In this document: positions 1-9,086 of the stretch, one piece after another | Layout of the letters: every line of letters starts with the position of its first letter | Position numbering within the stretch: position 1 is the first letter of the stretch | Source of the DNA: a virus | Taxonomy: Duplodnaviria > Caudoviricetes | DNA: 52,316 nucleotides | Virus record (IMG/VR): IMGVR_UViG_3300032278_000012 | Span: 1-52,316 of that record | Reading direction: 5' to 3' (one strand) | Translations under genes and position numbers: made by a program | Notes under the pieces: model-generated | Told to the model about the DNA's origin: nothing | The model's input: only the letters and a program-made list of their open reading frames with translations | The model's database searches: none

Positions 1-169
1 TAAGGGATATCGGAATGATGTGTGGTTCCATAAGACGAGACCGAGGACAATCGTTACCGTTGCAATAACAATGTCTGCAATAAGGACATTGGTGTAGTCA
101 TAGGTGATCATTATATATTATTCTCCCTACTAAGAAGAACATAGTATATGTAGGTAAATTTAAAACCTA

Positions 170-2632
170 TCAAAAAATCCAAACAAGAAAAGCACCAACA
201 ATAAATCCATCGATCCACATAAACCATTTCATATGGTAATCGGATAGACCTAATCTGTTTTGGCACCAATCTACTTTGTCTTCAATCCAATCTAGACAGT
301 CTAACACTTTCGTGGGTAGTAATGACTTAAACAATATTTTCTCCGTTGGGAACATTAGACGTTCCCTGTTTTAAAACCAACGTATCGAAACCCGACTTCT
401 TGAGCTTCGAGTTCGATACTCTTTAGATATTTATCTACTCTGAGTCCGTAATCAGAACAATAATCTTCGATTTCTATATAGGTTCCATAGACGTATTCTC
501 TGAAACCGTTACTGTCGTTGACTATTGCGTATTCGTTTTTATCCATGTCACCCGAAGTTATTTTTGGTCGGTGGTTACCCATAGTATTTAATCCTTAATA
601 ATATAAATCCAAACATCAAACCCAATCCAATCGAGACGAATAGATTAAGTGGCCAGTCAAAATTTGCACCAGCGTATCCATATAACAAAAGAGTTTGATC
701 AGTGTATTCCATCGGGTTCACCTGTGTCAAACATTAAATCAAAGTTAAGTGGAAGAACCACTCGCATGATTTCCATCATCGCTTCGTAGGTGATTGCATG
801 TTGTTTGAGTTCGTCCAGTTTCTTCTGCACACTCAATAACATGAGATCATTCTTTTTCAGTTCCTTTTCGATTTCTTCTAGTATTTCTACCATACCTTTT
901 TTCTCGCTCCCTGTGCTTTTTCTTTTTTACGTTTTTGTTTTTCTTTGGTCGAGACCTTGGGTTTCCCCTTAGCCCGTCCTTTGATATTCCGACCTTTGCT
1001 CATATTCCTTTTCCCTCATGAAGTCATTCATGAATTTATCTACACTCCAACAGTAGGCATCTATATCCAACTTGGTTCCGAAGATTTGTATTTCGGGGCC
1101 TTCTTGAATAACCAAACCTTCTAGAGTTCGTTCACAAGCCACCATACTTTCCTGTGGAATGGAAACTTCTATTTGTTGTTCGTCACTATTATAAGGAGTC
1201 AGACTCAATATAATATATAAGATGACATCAGAACCGTTAATCATAATGTTCCATTCTTAGGATCGTCATAAATTTCATTTGGAGATATACCCCACACGAA
1301 CCCTTCACCGATACCCCACACGTTCCGTTGAGACCCTTTGTTTATAAGGGTCTTAGAGGTTGTCTGCCGTTCTTTGACCTGACGTATTTGTTCTTTAACA
1401 ACAACCTGTAAATCTTCCAGTTCATTTAAATCTTCTCTGTCGGTGATCCAATCGATCACATCTACTATATGCATTATAACTTTCTCCTTTTAATGCGTCT
1501 AACAATTTCTATTAACACCAAACGTGTTTGCCGATCACCCAGTTCTAGTACACTAACGTGTCCGTTGATAACTCGATCCGTCAACTGATCTATATCCCTA
1601 ACCATCCGAAAAATTCCTTGGCGAATAAAAATATAGGAATAATGAGTGCAACTGCACCCATGTAAATCAGGGTTGGATCATCCCATGGAAATTTATCATT
1701 CATAATTACTGCGATCCTTTATTTCCTTTCTAAGTTCTTGACCCATCCAATCTATATGCCTGGCACCGTAAGCGGTAATCCATAATAGAATAAACCACAC
1801 ACTAAACAGACCACCGAGTATAATTCCAAAAGTTCTCATGATGATACTAGGGTGGTTACTAAATTTCTAAGTAATAATACTAAACCAAAAGAGTTAAGCA
1901 TTATAAGAGCCCTGTCTTCCCATATCGCAGACACCACTAACCAACCAGCAACACCAACAATTGAGAGAATTAAATCATATAATTGTAATCCTTCTACTCC
2001 TCTCATTGACATTGCAGCTAGAATAAAAATACTTGCTATCCATTTAATATACCAATCAAAGGTATACTTGGGAGTTGCGGATTTAAACCACCTGTTAGAC
2101 TTTTTAAGTTCTTCTTGACTGGGTAAGATACTCATGAGATATACATCATCCATTCCTTAATTATTATAATGGATATGAATAATAACAATATCATCCACAC
2201 TGGATCAACGGTGGGCATTCTAGGAATCATTCGTCATACCCTATTCCTAGTTCCACTTCTCTTCTTATAATTTTATTAGAAAGTTTTTTATTATACGCCT
2301 TCTCTTTCTTACTGAGAGAATGTATAGTTTTAATTTTAGTCTTTTGTGCCATACCAATTCCATCTACCATCAGGCATACTGTGAACACCTTCCTCATGAT
2401 CATTGTAACCAAACCCTTTATCTATAAGGGTTTCAGAGGTGTTGTAATTATAGAAGGGAGATTTGTTCTGCTGGTGTAGGTTATACTCACGGATATACCC
2501 ATCAATATCTTTACTAGTGACGAATAAACCAGCAGGCCAAGACTTGGGTCTATCCTTCTGAAAGGTGACTTGATCATCTGACATACGTTTATAGATGTAT
2601 TGTGCTAAAGTCTGTTCGCCCTTTTCGGTCAT
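170..2632 (-). CDS. Cluster of small hypothetical/membrane ORFs (e.g. 170-355, 355-582, 699-893, 969-1244, 1241-1474, 1836-2153, 2336-2632)
   Basis: Tightly packed short minus-strand ORFs, several hydrophobic (1836-2153 has ~3 TM segments); typical phage accessory region; no recognisable motifs. Confidence 0.55.
1350..1372. repeat. Imperfect palindrome (AGACCCTTTGTTTATAAGGGTCT), related copy at 2411-2432
   Basis: Inverted repeat followed by AGAGGTTGT; near-identical to AAACCCTTTATCTATAAGGGTTT-CAGAGGTGTTGT at 2411-2443. Confidence 0.6.
2411..2432. repeat. Imperfect palindrome AAACCCTTTATCTATAAGGGTT(T)
   Basis: Second copy of the 1350 element, inside an unrelated ORF. Confidence 0.6.
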
Positions 2633-2756
2633 AATTTTTTAGAAAAATATTTTTCGTTAGTGTTATTTATCTCTTTTAACATATTCGATAGGGGGGTTGA
2701 GGCACTGGCGATTATTCATAGGAGTCCCAAAATACTGTTTGCCGCTCAGAGGTCAT

Positions 2757-2987
2757 TTAAGACGTTCTCCTGAGTTCGACCACATAACCCTTATCCTCGT
2801 ATTCCTTTGCCAGCGAGAGTCCCTTAGAGAGACTCACAGGTGTCTCAGTTCGACACCTAACAAGTGGCAGTCCTTCATAAGTCATTTCGGTTGCATCTCT
2901 GAGATCACTGTGAGCGGCTTCGCCGCGAGCAGTATAAACCCTGACGGTCTTCCATCCATACTTCTGATCTTTCTCTAAGTTATCCAC
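2757..2987 (-). CDS. Hypothetical protein (start uncertain)
   Basis: 76 aa ORF; its GTG start coincides with a DnaA-box-like motif. Confidence 0.45.
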   Translation of the reverse strand: MDNLEKDQKYGWKTVRVYTARGEAAHSDLRDATEMTYEGLPLVRCRTETPVSLSKGLSLAKEYEDKGYVVELRRTS

Positions 2988-3010
2988 ATGTCATCCACAG
3001 GTTATCCCCT
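2980..3010 (+). promoter_or_regulatory. Three phased DnaA-box-like 9-mers
   Basis: TTATCCACA (2980, perfect consensus), TCATCCACA (2991), TTATCCCCT (3002); 11-bp spacing. Confidence 0.55.
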
Positions 3011-3094
3011 GTTGCATATAACCTTTAGTTATATGTCGTAGTTATAAGAACCTGACGTAAGTCATTGATTCTTCTATATAACTATTCGTTATAA

Positions 3095-3202
3095 GGTGGG
3101 AGTCTTTCTCATTACTCCCTTGAGGGTCTCGGTGTTTCTAACCGTCACGACTTCACTCGTTACATACTAAGACAGTATCCGTGACTCACTGTTTTAATTC
3201 AT
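3095..3202 (-). ncRNA. Putative structured non-coding transcript from the 3209-3238 promoter
   Basis: No ORF downstream of a consensus promoter; stems GUCACG/CGUGAC, AUACU/AGUAU, CGGU/ACCG, GGGAGU/ACUCCC. Confidence 0.4.
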
Positions 3203-3208
3203 GTATTC

Positions 3209-3238
3209 ATTATATCATTAGGCGCACCGCATTGTCAA
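3209..3238 (-). promoter_or_regulatory. Sigma70-type early promoter
   Basis: TTGACA-ATGCGGTGCGCCTAATGA-TATAAT (18 nt spacer). Confidence 0.8.
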
Positions 3239-3417
3239 TACGGTTCGGGTAACTCTTCGAATCTTTTCTCTACTACCCTGTCAACGAGATCATCATATGA
3301 CACCGCGGACACTTCGTTAATAGAGAGACCCAACTCTGCAATCAAGTCGAGTCGATTAAGTTTAAGGACGTATGCCATCAGGCGCTCTTTGCATTCTGTG
3401 TTACCCATGTGACTCAT
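3235..3417 (-). CDS. Hypothetical early protein
   Basis: 60 aa ORF directly downstream of the promoter at 3442-3471. Confidence 0.65.
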   Translation of the reverse strand: MSHMGNTECKERLMAYVLKLNRLDLIAELGLSINEVSAVSYDDLVDRVVEKRFEELPEPY

Positions 3418-3441
3418 ATTACATTCCCATTCTCTAACTAT

Positions 3442-3471
3442 AGTATATCAAAAAGTGAGAGGCATTGTCAA
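3442..3471 (-). promoter_or_regulatory. Sigma70-type early promoter
   Basis: TTGACA-ATGCCTCTCACTTTTTGA-TATACT. Confidence 0.8.
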
Positions 3472-3654
3472 GTAGGTAGTAGTGGTCAGTGGATTTCCTT
3501 ATGGGTGAGAGGTGATAACCGCCCACTGACCTTCCTCTACTTAAGTTGTTCTGTTGTTAATGCGTAAGTGAGTCCTTACTATTGATTGTTATTATATATG
3601 TTCTGAGGGAGTCCATCCCCACATCTATTACTACTGGACTCAATCATTCATTAG
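3472..3654 (-). ncRNA. Putative structured non-coding transcript from the 3661-3690 promoter
   Basis: No convincing ORF/RBS; stems GAGUCCA/UGGACUC, GUAAG/CUUAC, GGUCAGUGG/CCACUGACC. Confidence 0.4.
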
Positions 3655-3660
3655 GAGACT

Positions 3661-3690
3661 AGTATGACAGAAAGTGATACGCATTGTCAA
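3661..3690 (-). promoter_or_regulatory. Sigma70-type early promoter
   Basis: TTGACA-ATGCGTATCACTTTCTGT-CATACT. Confidence 0.7.
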
Positions 3691-4132
3691 GTGTTTTGTT
3701 TAATATTATACCATATATTACGAAGGTAAAAACAGTTCCCTGAAGCAGGGCCCATGCGAATCGGCGAATACGACTAACAAGTGTTCATAGTGTAACCTCG
3801 GAGAATCTCTGAAACCCTTTCAAATCAACATCTTATAGACCTGCGTCAAACTGTGTCGCAGGGTAAGACACATTCAGAGTGTCTCCGATGCGCATTGTTA
3901 CACTCCACCTGAAGAGCCTTGGTCGTCTCTGAGAAGGTCTGAAGATTCTCTCCGAGAAAACTAGGCCTTGACTCCTTACTAAATATGTGATTAACATCTC
4001 CGAACAACACCACCAAAACCCACAATAATCCACTTTCCTCACAGTCACACAAATCGTATTATATTAGTATAACCCCAAGGTGTTCACCGAAGAATATAAT
4101 CAAGTGCGTCCGAGTCCATTCCGAATTATATT

Positions 4133-4170
4133 AAAACCCTCTTACATCAATACCTTAGTCATGGTATAAT
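4133..4170 (+). promoter_or_regulatory. Promoter of AAAACCCTCT-box class driving the only plus-strand genes
   Basis: AAAACCCTCT-22 nt-TATAAT with extended -10 TG. Confidence 0.65.
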
Positions 4171-4380
4171 AGATGTATTATGAAAGAAAGACTAATAAAC
4201 TACATAGACGAATGGAAGTGGTTCTTTATTAATCTGAATCCTTTTGAGAGAATACTCATAGGTCTACTCGGATTAATGGTCGGATTGTTTCTTCTAGTAG
4301 TATACTAGACATGTTATGGAAATGGTTTGTGATCACTATGGTCACATTAGCAGGATTACTACAACTTAGTTTTATACTCT

Positions 4381-4608
4381 ATGGATAGTCACAGAAAGTT
4401 ACATCAACAAACTAGTGCAACAGTATTCTCAGGATTGATTATTAATTATCCTTTGAGTATTACTCTGTTATGGTTCATTATGGATTACCTTGGTATCTCT
4501 AATACGTTTATCATTGCAACACTGGTCACATTCTTTATGACCATCTTTGCATATTGCAGAGTCTATATTGTTCTTCGGTTCTTTGAGAAAAGAGAACCTC
4601 TGCCCTAG
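4381..4608 (+). CDS. Small 2-TM membrane protein
   Basis: 75 aa with two hydrophobic helices; preceded by tiny hydrophobic ORFs from ~4179; converges on 4605-5222. Confidence 0.7.
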   Translation: MDSHRKLHQQTSATVFSGLIINYPLSITLLWFIMDYLGISNTFIIATLVTFFMTIFAYCRVYIVLRFFEKREPLP

Positions 4609-5222
4609 TCCGTGTTAGTGTATTCTAGAAACCTTTGATCTGATATAGTCTTATTCAAGACTGCCTCTCGATGAAACTCAATATGTTTTGGATCGGTATA
4701 TACGTCCATGGCAAAACTGATTCGTGGTTCTCTGAATAGATGAGATGGAACTTTGTGTTCGAGTTCAGCAGAGATTATGTTGATGTCCCCTACCGTGTTT
4801 GGTATGTACCCCACGTCCTCGTAGTGTGTTCCAGTGGATGGATTACCTGAGATGAATACATTGATTGCATAGAACCCATTCGCAAACGTGGTGTCTTCGG
4901 GATGGTTGTGTTTGTGAGTTGGGAGTCTTTCCCCTTGTCTGATGATATTGCACCATGACTGGATCGTCATGTTAGTCACTCCATCAAAATCAGGATACTC
5001 GTATAACCGTTGTGGTATATTCAGACGTTGAAATTCGGGATGACTTAACCAATTGTAAACCGTGTGTTGTGCAGTCAGTCCAGTGTAACCCGATAGATAT
5101 GGATTCTCTAATCCTAACACATAGTTTTCATGTTGTTGAATGAAGGTGGAGAGTGTTCCACATTCCAATTCAGATAGAAAACCTAGATAGGTGTTATGAT
5201 GATTCGGGTCGATGTCCACCAA
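4605..5222 (-). CDS. 2OG-Fe(II) oxygenase-like protein
   Basis: WCNIIRQGERLPTHKH...EHKVP...PRISFAMD pattern (HxH, distal H, RxS). Confidence 0.75.
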   Translation of the reverse strand: MVDIDPNHHNTYLGFLSELECGTLSTFIQQHENYVLGLENPYLSGYTGLTAQHTVYNWLSHPEFQRLNIPQRLYEYPDFDGVTNMTIQSWCNIIRQGERLPTHKHNHPEDTTFANGFYAINVFISGNPSTGTHYEDVGYIPNTVGDINIISAELEHKVPSHLFREPRISFAMDVYTDPKHIEFHREAVLNKTISDQRFLEYTNTD

Positions 5223-6090
5223 ATGTTACCCACTTTCTAAGGAAGAGATCAGTGTTCCTGTCTTCGTTATCTCCCTCATCCATATACATGAATTTACATT
5301 GATGGTTAATAGTCTTCCATTCGTGATCGAAATAATAAAGAACATCGGTTTCATCTCCACCCATTCCTTCCCATTTCTCAGGGAAATAGATTTTGACATT
5401 TGCATCCCATAGTGTATTGAGTCCTTTATTCATTGCCTCATTATTCACATAGTAAGGACAGAAGATGCCAGGCGCAGTTGGTAATATGATACCGTCATGG
5501 TTAGTGGATAGAAACTCTGCGAGATCAAAATTGTGTGGGTCTTCGGGACTATGGTCTTCTTTTAATTGTTTGCAATCAAGACCGTTGACTTCAATTAACC
5601 ATGTTTCAAACTTCCTTGAATCATCCCACCAGTTATTAACCAGTCGTAGGTATGCCATGTTCTTTGACTTGATTTCTTTTAACACTTCAATGGGTAGATC
5701 GAGAACTTCCATCGCTTCATTGATGTCTCCCTTCTCAGGCATTGCCATTATGGTTAGACCTTGACTCATTTCTTTAGGGACTAAATTGATATCCCAAATC
5801 ATGGTCTTTTGATATGCATCGAATCCATCATGATTGAAACAATCCAGTTTGTAATAGTCAGGGTTCTGAATATAATTATCCTTCTCATCCTTGACCAATT
5901 CCAAATCCCATATCTCGATTCCCAAATCAGTTTCTAATCCTGTTGGGTCATCAGTATAACACCAGTATCTTATTTGTTGCATACCCATAGTAAAATAGTT
6001 TAATCTTTGCATTGCTAATGCAATGTCATTTACCTTTTGGGTATCTTGTGGGTTATTACCCAGTTTCACGGTTACAATATTTTGGGACAT
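5194..6090 (-). CDS. Glycosyltransferase-like (GT-A) protein, divergent
   Basis: N-terminal IVTVKLG...CYTDDPTGL...YKLDCF resembles phage GT-A glycosyltransferases; DxD position reads WDIN. Confidence 0.45.
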   Translation of the reverse strand: MSQNIVTVKLGNNPQDTQKVNDIALAMQRLNYFTMGMQQIRYWCYTDDPTGLETDLGIEIWDLELVKDEKDNYIQNPDYYKLDCFNHDGFDAYQKTMIWDINLVPKEMSQGLTIMAMPEKGDINEAMEVLDLPIEVLKEIKSKNMAYLRLVNNWWDDSRKFETWLIEVNGLDCKQLKEDHSPEDPHNFDLAEFLSTNHDGIILPTAPGIFCPYYVNNEAMNKGLNTLWDANVKIYFPEKWEGMGGDETDVLYYFDHEWKTINHQCKFMYMDEGDNEDRNTDLFLRKWVTFGGHRPESS

Positions 6091-6321
6091 TTATTCTTTC
6101 TCCTTTTCGGGGTATTGCAGATTATACATGTCTGCATTTTGTTTGTTCTCTAAGATTGAGATTGCACGATTTGATTCATTCAATCTATTCACAAGTGCAA
6201 CAATCGATTGTTCAATTCGATCTAGTCTTTCTAGAAGGAGTGGATATCGTTCTGCTTGTTTGTTTTCAATCTTCTTAATCTTAGTCATTAAGATTCTTGT
6301 AGATAATTGTGGTGTGGTCAT
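6091..6321 (-). CDS. Coiled-coil hypothetical protein
   Basis: 76 aa with heptad-like pattern. Confidence 0.6.
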   Translation of the reverse strand: MTTPQLSTRILMTKIKKIENKQAERYPLLLERLDRIEQSIVALVNRLNESNRAISILENKQNADMYNLQYPEKEKE

Positions 6322-6323
6322 TA

Positions 6324-6479
6324 TTAAATACTCATATCACGATGTGGTGGTTCATGTTTATTACTGCAATGTGGACATGTCATTGAATGGGTCTTAATGA
6401 AACCATCGGTTGCAATACTCCACCACAAATCACATTTCTCACAAACAAAATGATATATCTTTTCAACACTAAAATTCAT
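6324..6479 (-). CDS. Small Zn-ribbon protein (51 aa, not in ORF track)
   Basis: Translated by hand: MNFSVEKIYHFVCEKCDLWWSIA...MTCPHCSNK; CxxC...CxxC; ATG 5 nt after a -10 element. Confidence 0.7.
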   Translation of the reverse strand: MNFSVEKIYHFVCEKCDLWWSIATDGFIKTHSMTCPHCSNKHEPPHRDMSI

Positions 6480-6509
6480 ACTTTATTATCTCATATTTAT
6501 AAGGTTTAT

Positions 6510-7073
6510 TCAAGAGGGTTTTCGTAAGTTCATAATGAAATCATGAAACTCTTCTGTTCCTCTTTGATAAGGTTCTCCGTTCACACGGTATTGAAGATTG
6601 ACTCCATTCTCAGTGCAATAACAGATCAACCAGTTTAATACATCACTTCTAATAGTAACACCACACTCCACTACACTCCAATATTCTCCACCAGTCCATT
6701 TCTTCGGGACAATGATCACATCAGATTTGTCGGGTTTCATCCATTCGGGTATCTTCTTTAAATTCTCTTCTCGTTTCCATCCACAATCATATGATGCATT
6801 GCAAAAAGACTTTGCATAGATATGTCGTTCTTCCCAAATTGAACACCCATCACCGACTTTACAATAGTGACAAGGGATTCCACCATATATTCTATTACTA
6901 TAATCAGTGTCTTCGGGTTGAATCTTACTAGTGATGTAATTCGTTTCCATTGCACCATTGAAGAAAGGTTCATCATGGTCAGTTCTCCATTCACAACACT
7001 TAGTGCAACCATCACATTCTCGTGTGGTATCGACTAGACCTTGAAGTTCTTTAAAGTTGGCCACGTTGCTCAT
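6510..7073 (-). CDS. CxxCxxCC (YkgJ/FliB-like) cysteine-cluster protein
   Basis: CDGCTKCC...PCHY...GCSIWEER...C...CGW. Confidence 0.8.
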   Translation of the reverse strand: MSNVANFKELQGLVDTTRECDGCTKCCEWRTDHDEPFFNGAMETNYITSKIQPEDTDYSNRIYGGIPCHYCKVGDGCSIWEERHIYAKSFCNASYDCGWKREENLKKIPEWMKPDKSDVIIVPKKWTGGEYWSVVECGVTIRSDVLNWLICYCTENGVNLQYRVNGEPYQRGTEEFHDFIMNLRKPS

Positions 7074-7632
7074 TCATCAATACCTTTTCTAATGTCTTTG
7101 AATCCATCCACTCATGGAATTCTCTTGATCCCAATCTATTGAATCCACCATGAACCATGTATTCACAATCGATTCTCCATTTCTCAACGTGAATGATTAA
7201 CCAGTTCAATACCACTCCTGTCATGGGTTTACTCATTTCGGTGACTGCCCAATAATCATGTTCTCCATTATCACCCCACTTCTTCTTTGCAATAATGATA
7301 CCTGATTGATTTGGTTGCATCCAGTCAGGTATACGAAAATCCTTATCCCCTAACCATTCACAAATAAATCGTCTGCATGGATTCAGTGGTCGTTTGTCAT
7401 AGACAGTGCAACCAACTCCTTGATCAATATATTGGCAGGGTCTGCCGGGATACATTGATGTCAATTCATGACCTTCAACTTCAATATCAGCGTGCAACCA
7501 TCCTTCACAACATGCAGTGCATGTCCCACAAGATCGATTTGGTTTTGGGCCTTCCAGTTGGACTACTGGAATATCACTGAGTTTTTGGTTGTTCTTCATC
7601 GGGATATTCATCGGGACATAGGTATGTTCCAT
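7051..7632 (-). CDS. CxxCxxCC (YkgJ/FliB-like) cysteine-cluster protein, paralog of 6510-7073
   Basis: CGTCTACC...PCQY...GCTVYDKRP..PC..F.CEW; start moved to the ATG downstream of TTGAGA-17-TATAAT promoter. Confidence 0.8.
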   Translation of the reverse strand: MEHTYVPMNIPMKNNQKLSDIPVVQLEGPKPNRSCGTCTACCEGWLHADIEVEGHELTSMYPGRPCQYIDQGVGCTVYDKRPLNPCRRFICEWLGDKDFRIPDWMQPNQSGIIIAKKKWGDNGEHDYWAVTEMSKPMTGVVLNWLIIHVEKWRIDCEYMVHGGFNRLGSREFHEWMDSKTLEKVLMNEQRGQL

Positions 7633-7726
7633 CTCTGTCATTATAACACAGGCCTGGCAAAATCTCAATAGACGAACAACTAGTGAAGGTTATACTCACT
7701 AGTATAATCAGAAATGTCTTGATCAT

Positions 7727-7951
7727 CTAACCACACTCTGATAAAAACTGTTCTCTCATCTCAACTTCCTTCGTCACCTCTTCAATGACTTCTTCAAGAA
7801 TTGCAAGTGGTTTATCCACCAACAATGCTTGACCGTCATTCTTCGGTTGAAGGTCATTTCGAATGATCAAGAGTTTATTTAAAATCTTCATATTCTCCAT
7901 TATCATACTCGTTTGAAGGAATTCCATCCTTCTATTAATCTCCCATGACAT
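7727..7951 (-). CDS. Hypothetical protein
   Basis: 74 aa helical ORF; real start may be internal. Confidence 0.5.
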   Translation of the reverse strand: MSWEINRRMEFLQTSMIMENMKILNKLLIIRNDLQPKNDGQALLVDKPLAILEEVIEEVTKEVEMREQFLSECG

Positions 7952-8274
7952 TCACAATGAAATGGTTCTGCCATGTGTTCTTCGGTGGTCTCGTAGTCGA
8001 AAGTTATTTCTTCACCTTCCTCAATCTTTCGTCTTGCAACGACCAACCCTTCTTTTATTAATTCAACCACTACTATTACTGCACTCGGATCACAATGATG
8101 ATTCATAAAACCACCGTTGACATCTTCAATGTGTTTATCCCTTACTTGGATAGATGTCCGAGTTGGGACATCAAACCCATTTCCGTCCAAAACCAAGATG
8201 AGTTGATTCTTGTCAATTTGCTGACTTGCAAATAAACCCGAATAATCTCCCTTAATTCTTTTTATCTTTACCAT
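7903..8274 (-). CDS. SET-domain protein (putative lysine methyltransferase)
   Basis: SGLFA, FMNHHCDP, GEEITFDY and post-SET-like FHCEC motifs. Confidence 0.85.
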   Translation of the reverse strand: MVKIKRIKGDYSGLFASQQIDKNQLILVLDGNGFDVPTRTSIQVRDKHIEDVNGGFMNHHCDPSAVIVVVELIKEGLVVARRKIEEGEEITFDYETTEEHMAEPFHCECHGRLIEGWNSFKRV

Positions 8275-8283
8275 GTTTTTTAG

Positions 8284-8359
8284 TGGTGGAGCGAATAGGA
8301 ATCGAACCTACGACCTACTGGATGCAAACCAGTCGCTCTCCCTACTGAGCTACCGCCCC
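8284..8359 (-). tRNA. tRNA-Ala(UGC)
   Basis: GGGGCGGTAGCTCAGTAGGGAGAGCG-ACTGG-TTTGCAT-CCAGT-AGGTC-GTAGGTTCGATTCCTAT-TCGCTCCACCA; G3:U70 pair, encoded CCA. Confidence 0.95.
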
Positions 8360-8367
8360 AAGACTAA

Positions 8368-8667
8368 CTATTTCTTTTTACGTCTACTCTTGGGTGGAGC
8401 AATACCACCTTTGTAGGCTTCGTTCCTACGTTTCGTAGATTTGTCATCAGCCTTGAATTTACCTTTGGCACCTCTTGCTCTCTTATTACGATCCGCAGGT
8501 GTTATTCCATCGACATATGCTTCATTGACATCCGTAGTGGTTGGATCATCTTTGATGTAATGTCCTTTCTTATTCCTTGCACGTTCTCCCGAACCACCAA
8601 GAAAAAAAGATCGAAACCAACTACTCATTCCAAATCGTCCACGTCTAGGTTTTTCACTTCTAGCCAT
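8368..8667 (-). CDS. Basic protein with two tandem RAR..KG...DD....NEAY repeats
   Basis: RARNKKGHYIKDDPTTTDVNEAY / RARGAKGKFKADDKSTKRRNEAY; RBS GAGGA before the ATG. Confidence 0.7.
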   Translation of the reverse strand: MARSEKPRRGRFGMSSWFRSFFLGGSGERARNKKGHYIKDDPTTTDVNEAYVDGITPADRNKRARGAKGKFKADDKSTKRRNEAYKGGIAPPKSRRKKK

Positions 8668-8887
8668 TATCCTCTTCCTCTTTATTACTAAACACAACTC
8701 CACCTCGTCTGACGAGTTCATTTCTGATCTTCGCTCTCAACTTCGGTTTCGTTCTCTCATTATTAAATGCTTCAAGAAGATCACTCTTACTTTTACACTT
8801 CATATAATTATATTCCCAACGAGTTATACTACCACCAGTGGCAGTCCTTTTCCATTGTTTTACTGTCGGCCCAAACTTAATCGGCAT
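8660..8887 (-). CDS. Hypothetical basic protein
   Basis: ORF from MPIKFG, preceded by GGAG. Confidence 0.65.
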   Translation of the reverse strand: MPIKFGPTVKQWKRTATGGSITRWEYNYMKCKSKSDLLEAFNNERTKPKLRAKIRNELVRRGGVVFSNKEEEDNG

Positions 8888-9086
8888 GGTATAAATCTCC
8901 AACTGTGAAGAAATTCTTATAAACACTCTTGTAATTCAAATTTGGATTTTCTTCATGTTCCAAACAACATTCTGCACCACAAAAGAACACTCGACCAATA
9001 GTTGAACTTGGAACATTCTTCCAATATTTCAATCTCTCATGTGGAAACTCAGTTCCACAGTTATTACATTTAATCAATTGAGGCAT
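8877..9086 (-). CDS. Small Zn-finger protein
   Basis: CNNC...FCGAEC. Confidence 0.65.
   Translation of the reverse strand: MPQLIKCNNCGTEFPHERLKYWKNVPSSTIGRVFFCGAECCLEHEENPNLNYKSVYKNFFTVGDLYHAD

Noticed and set aside
3200-3700. Repeated GCATTGTCAA units as a possible CRISPR array
   Set aside because: Only ~10 nt conserved, spacing ~220-230 nt; explained as minus-strand -35 elements
3833-4052. Two overlapping minus-strand ORFs (71 and 68 aa)
   Set aside because: No RBS, atypical composition, mutually overlapping; region may be non-coding
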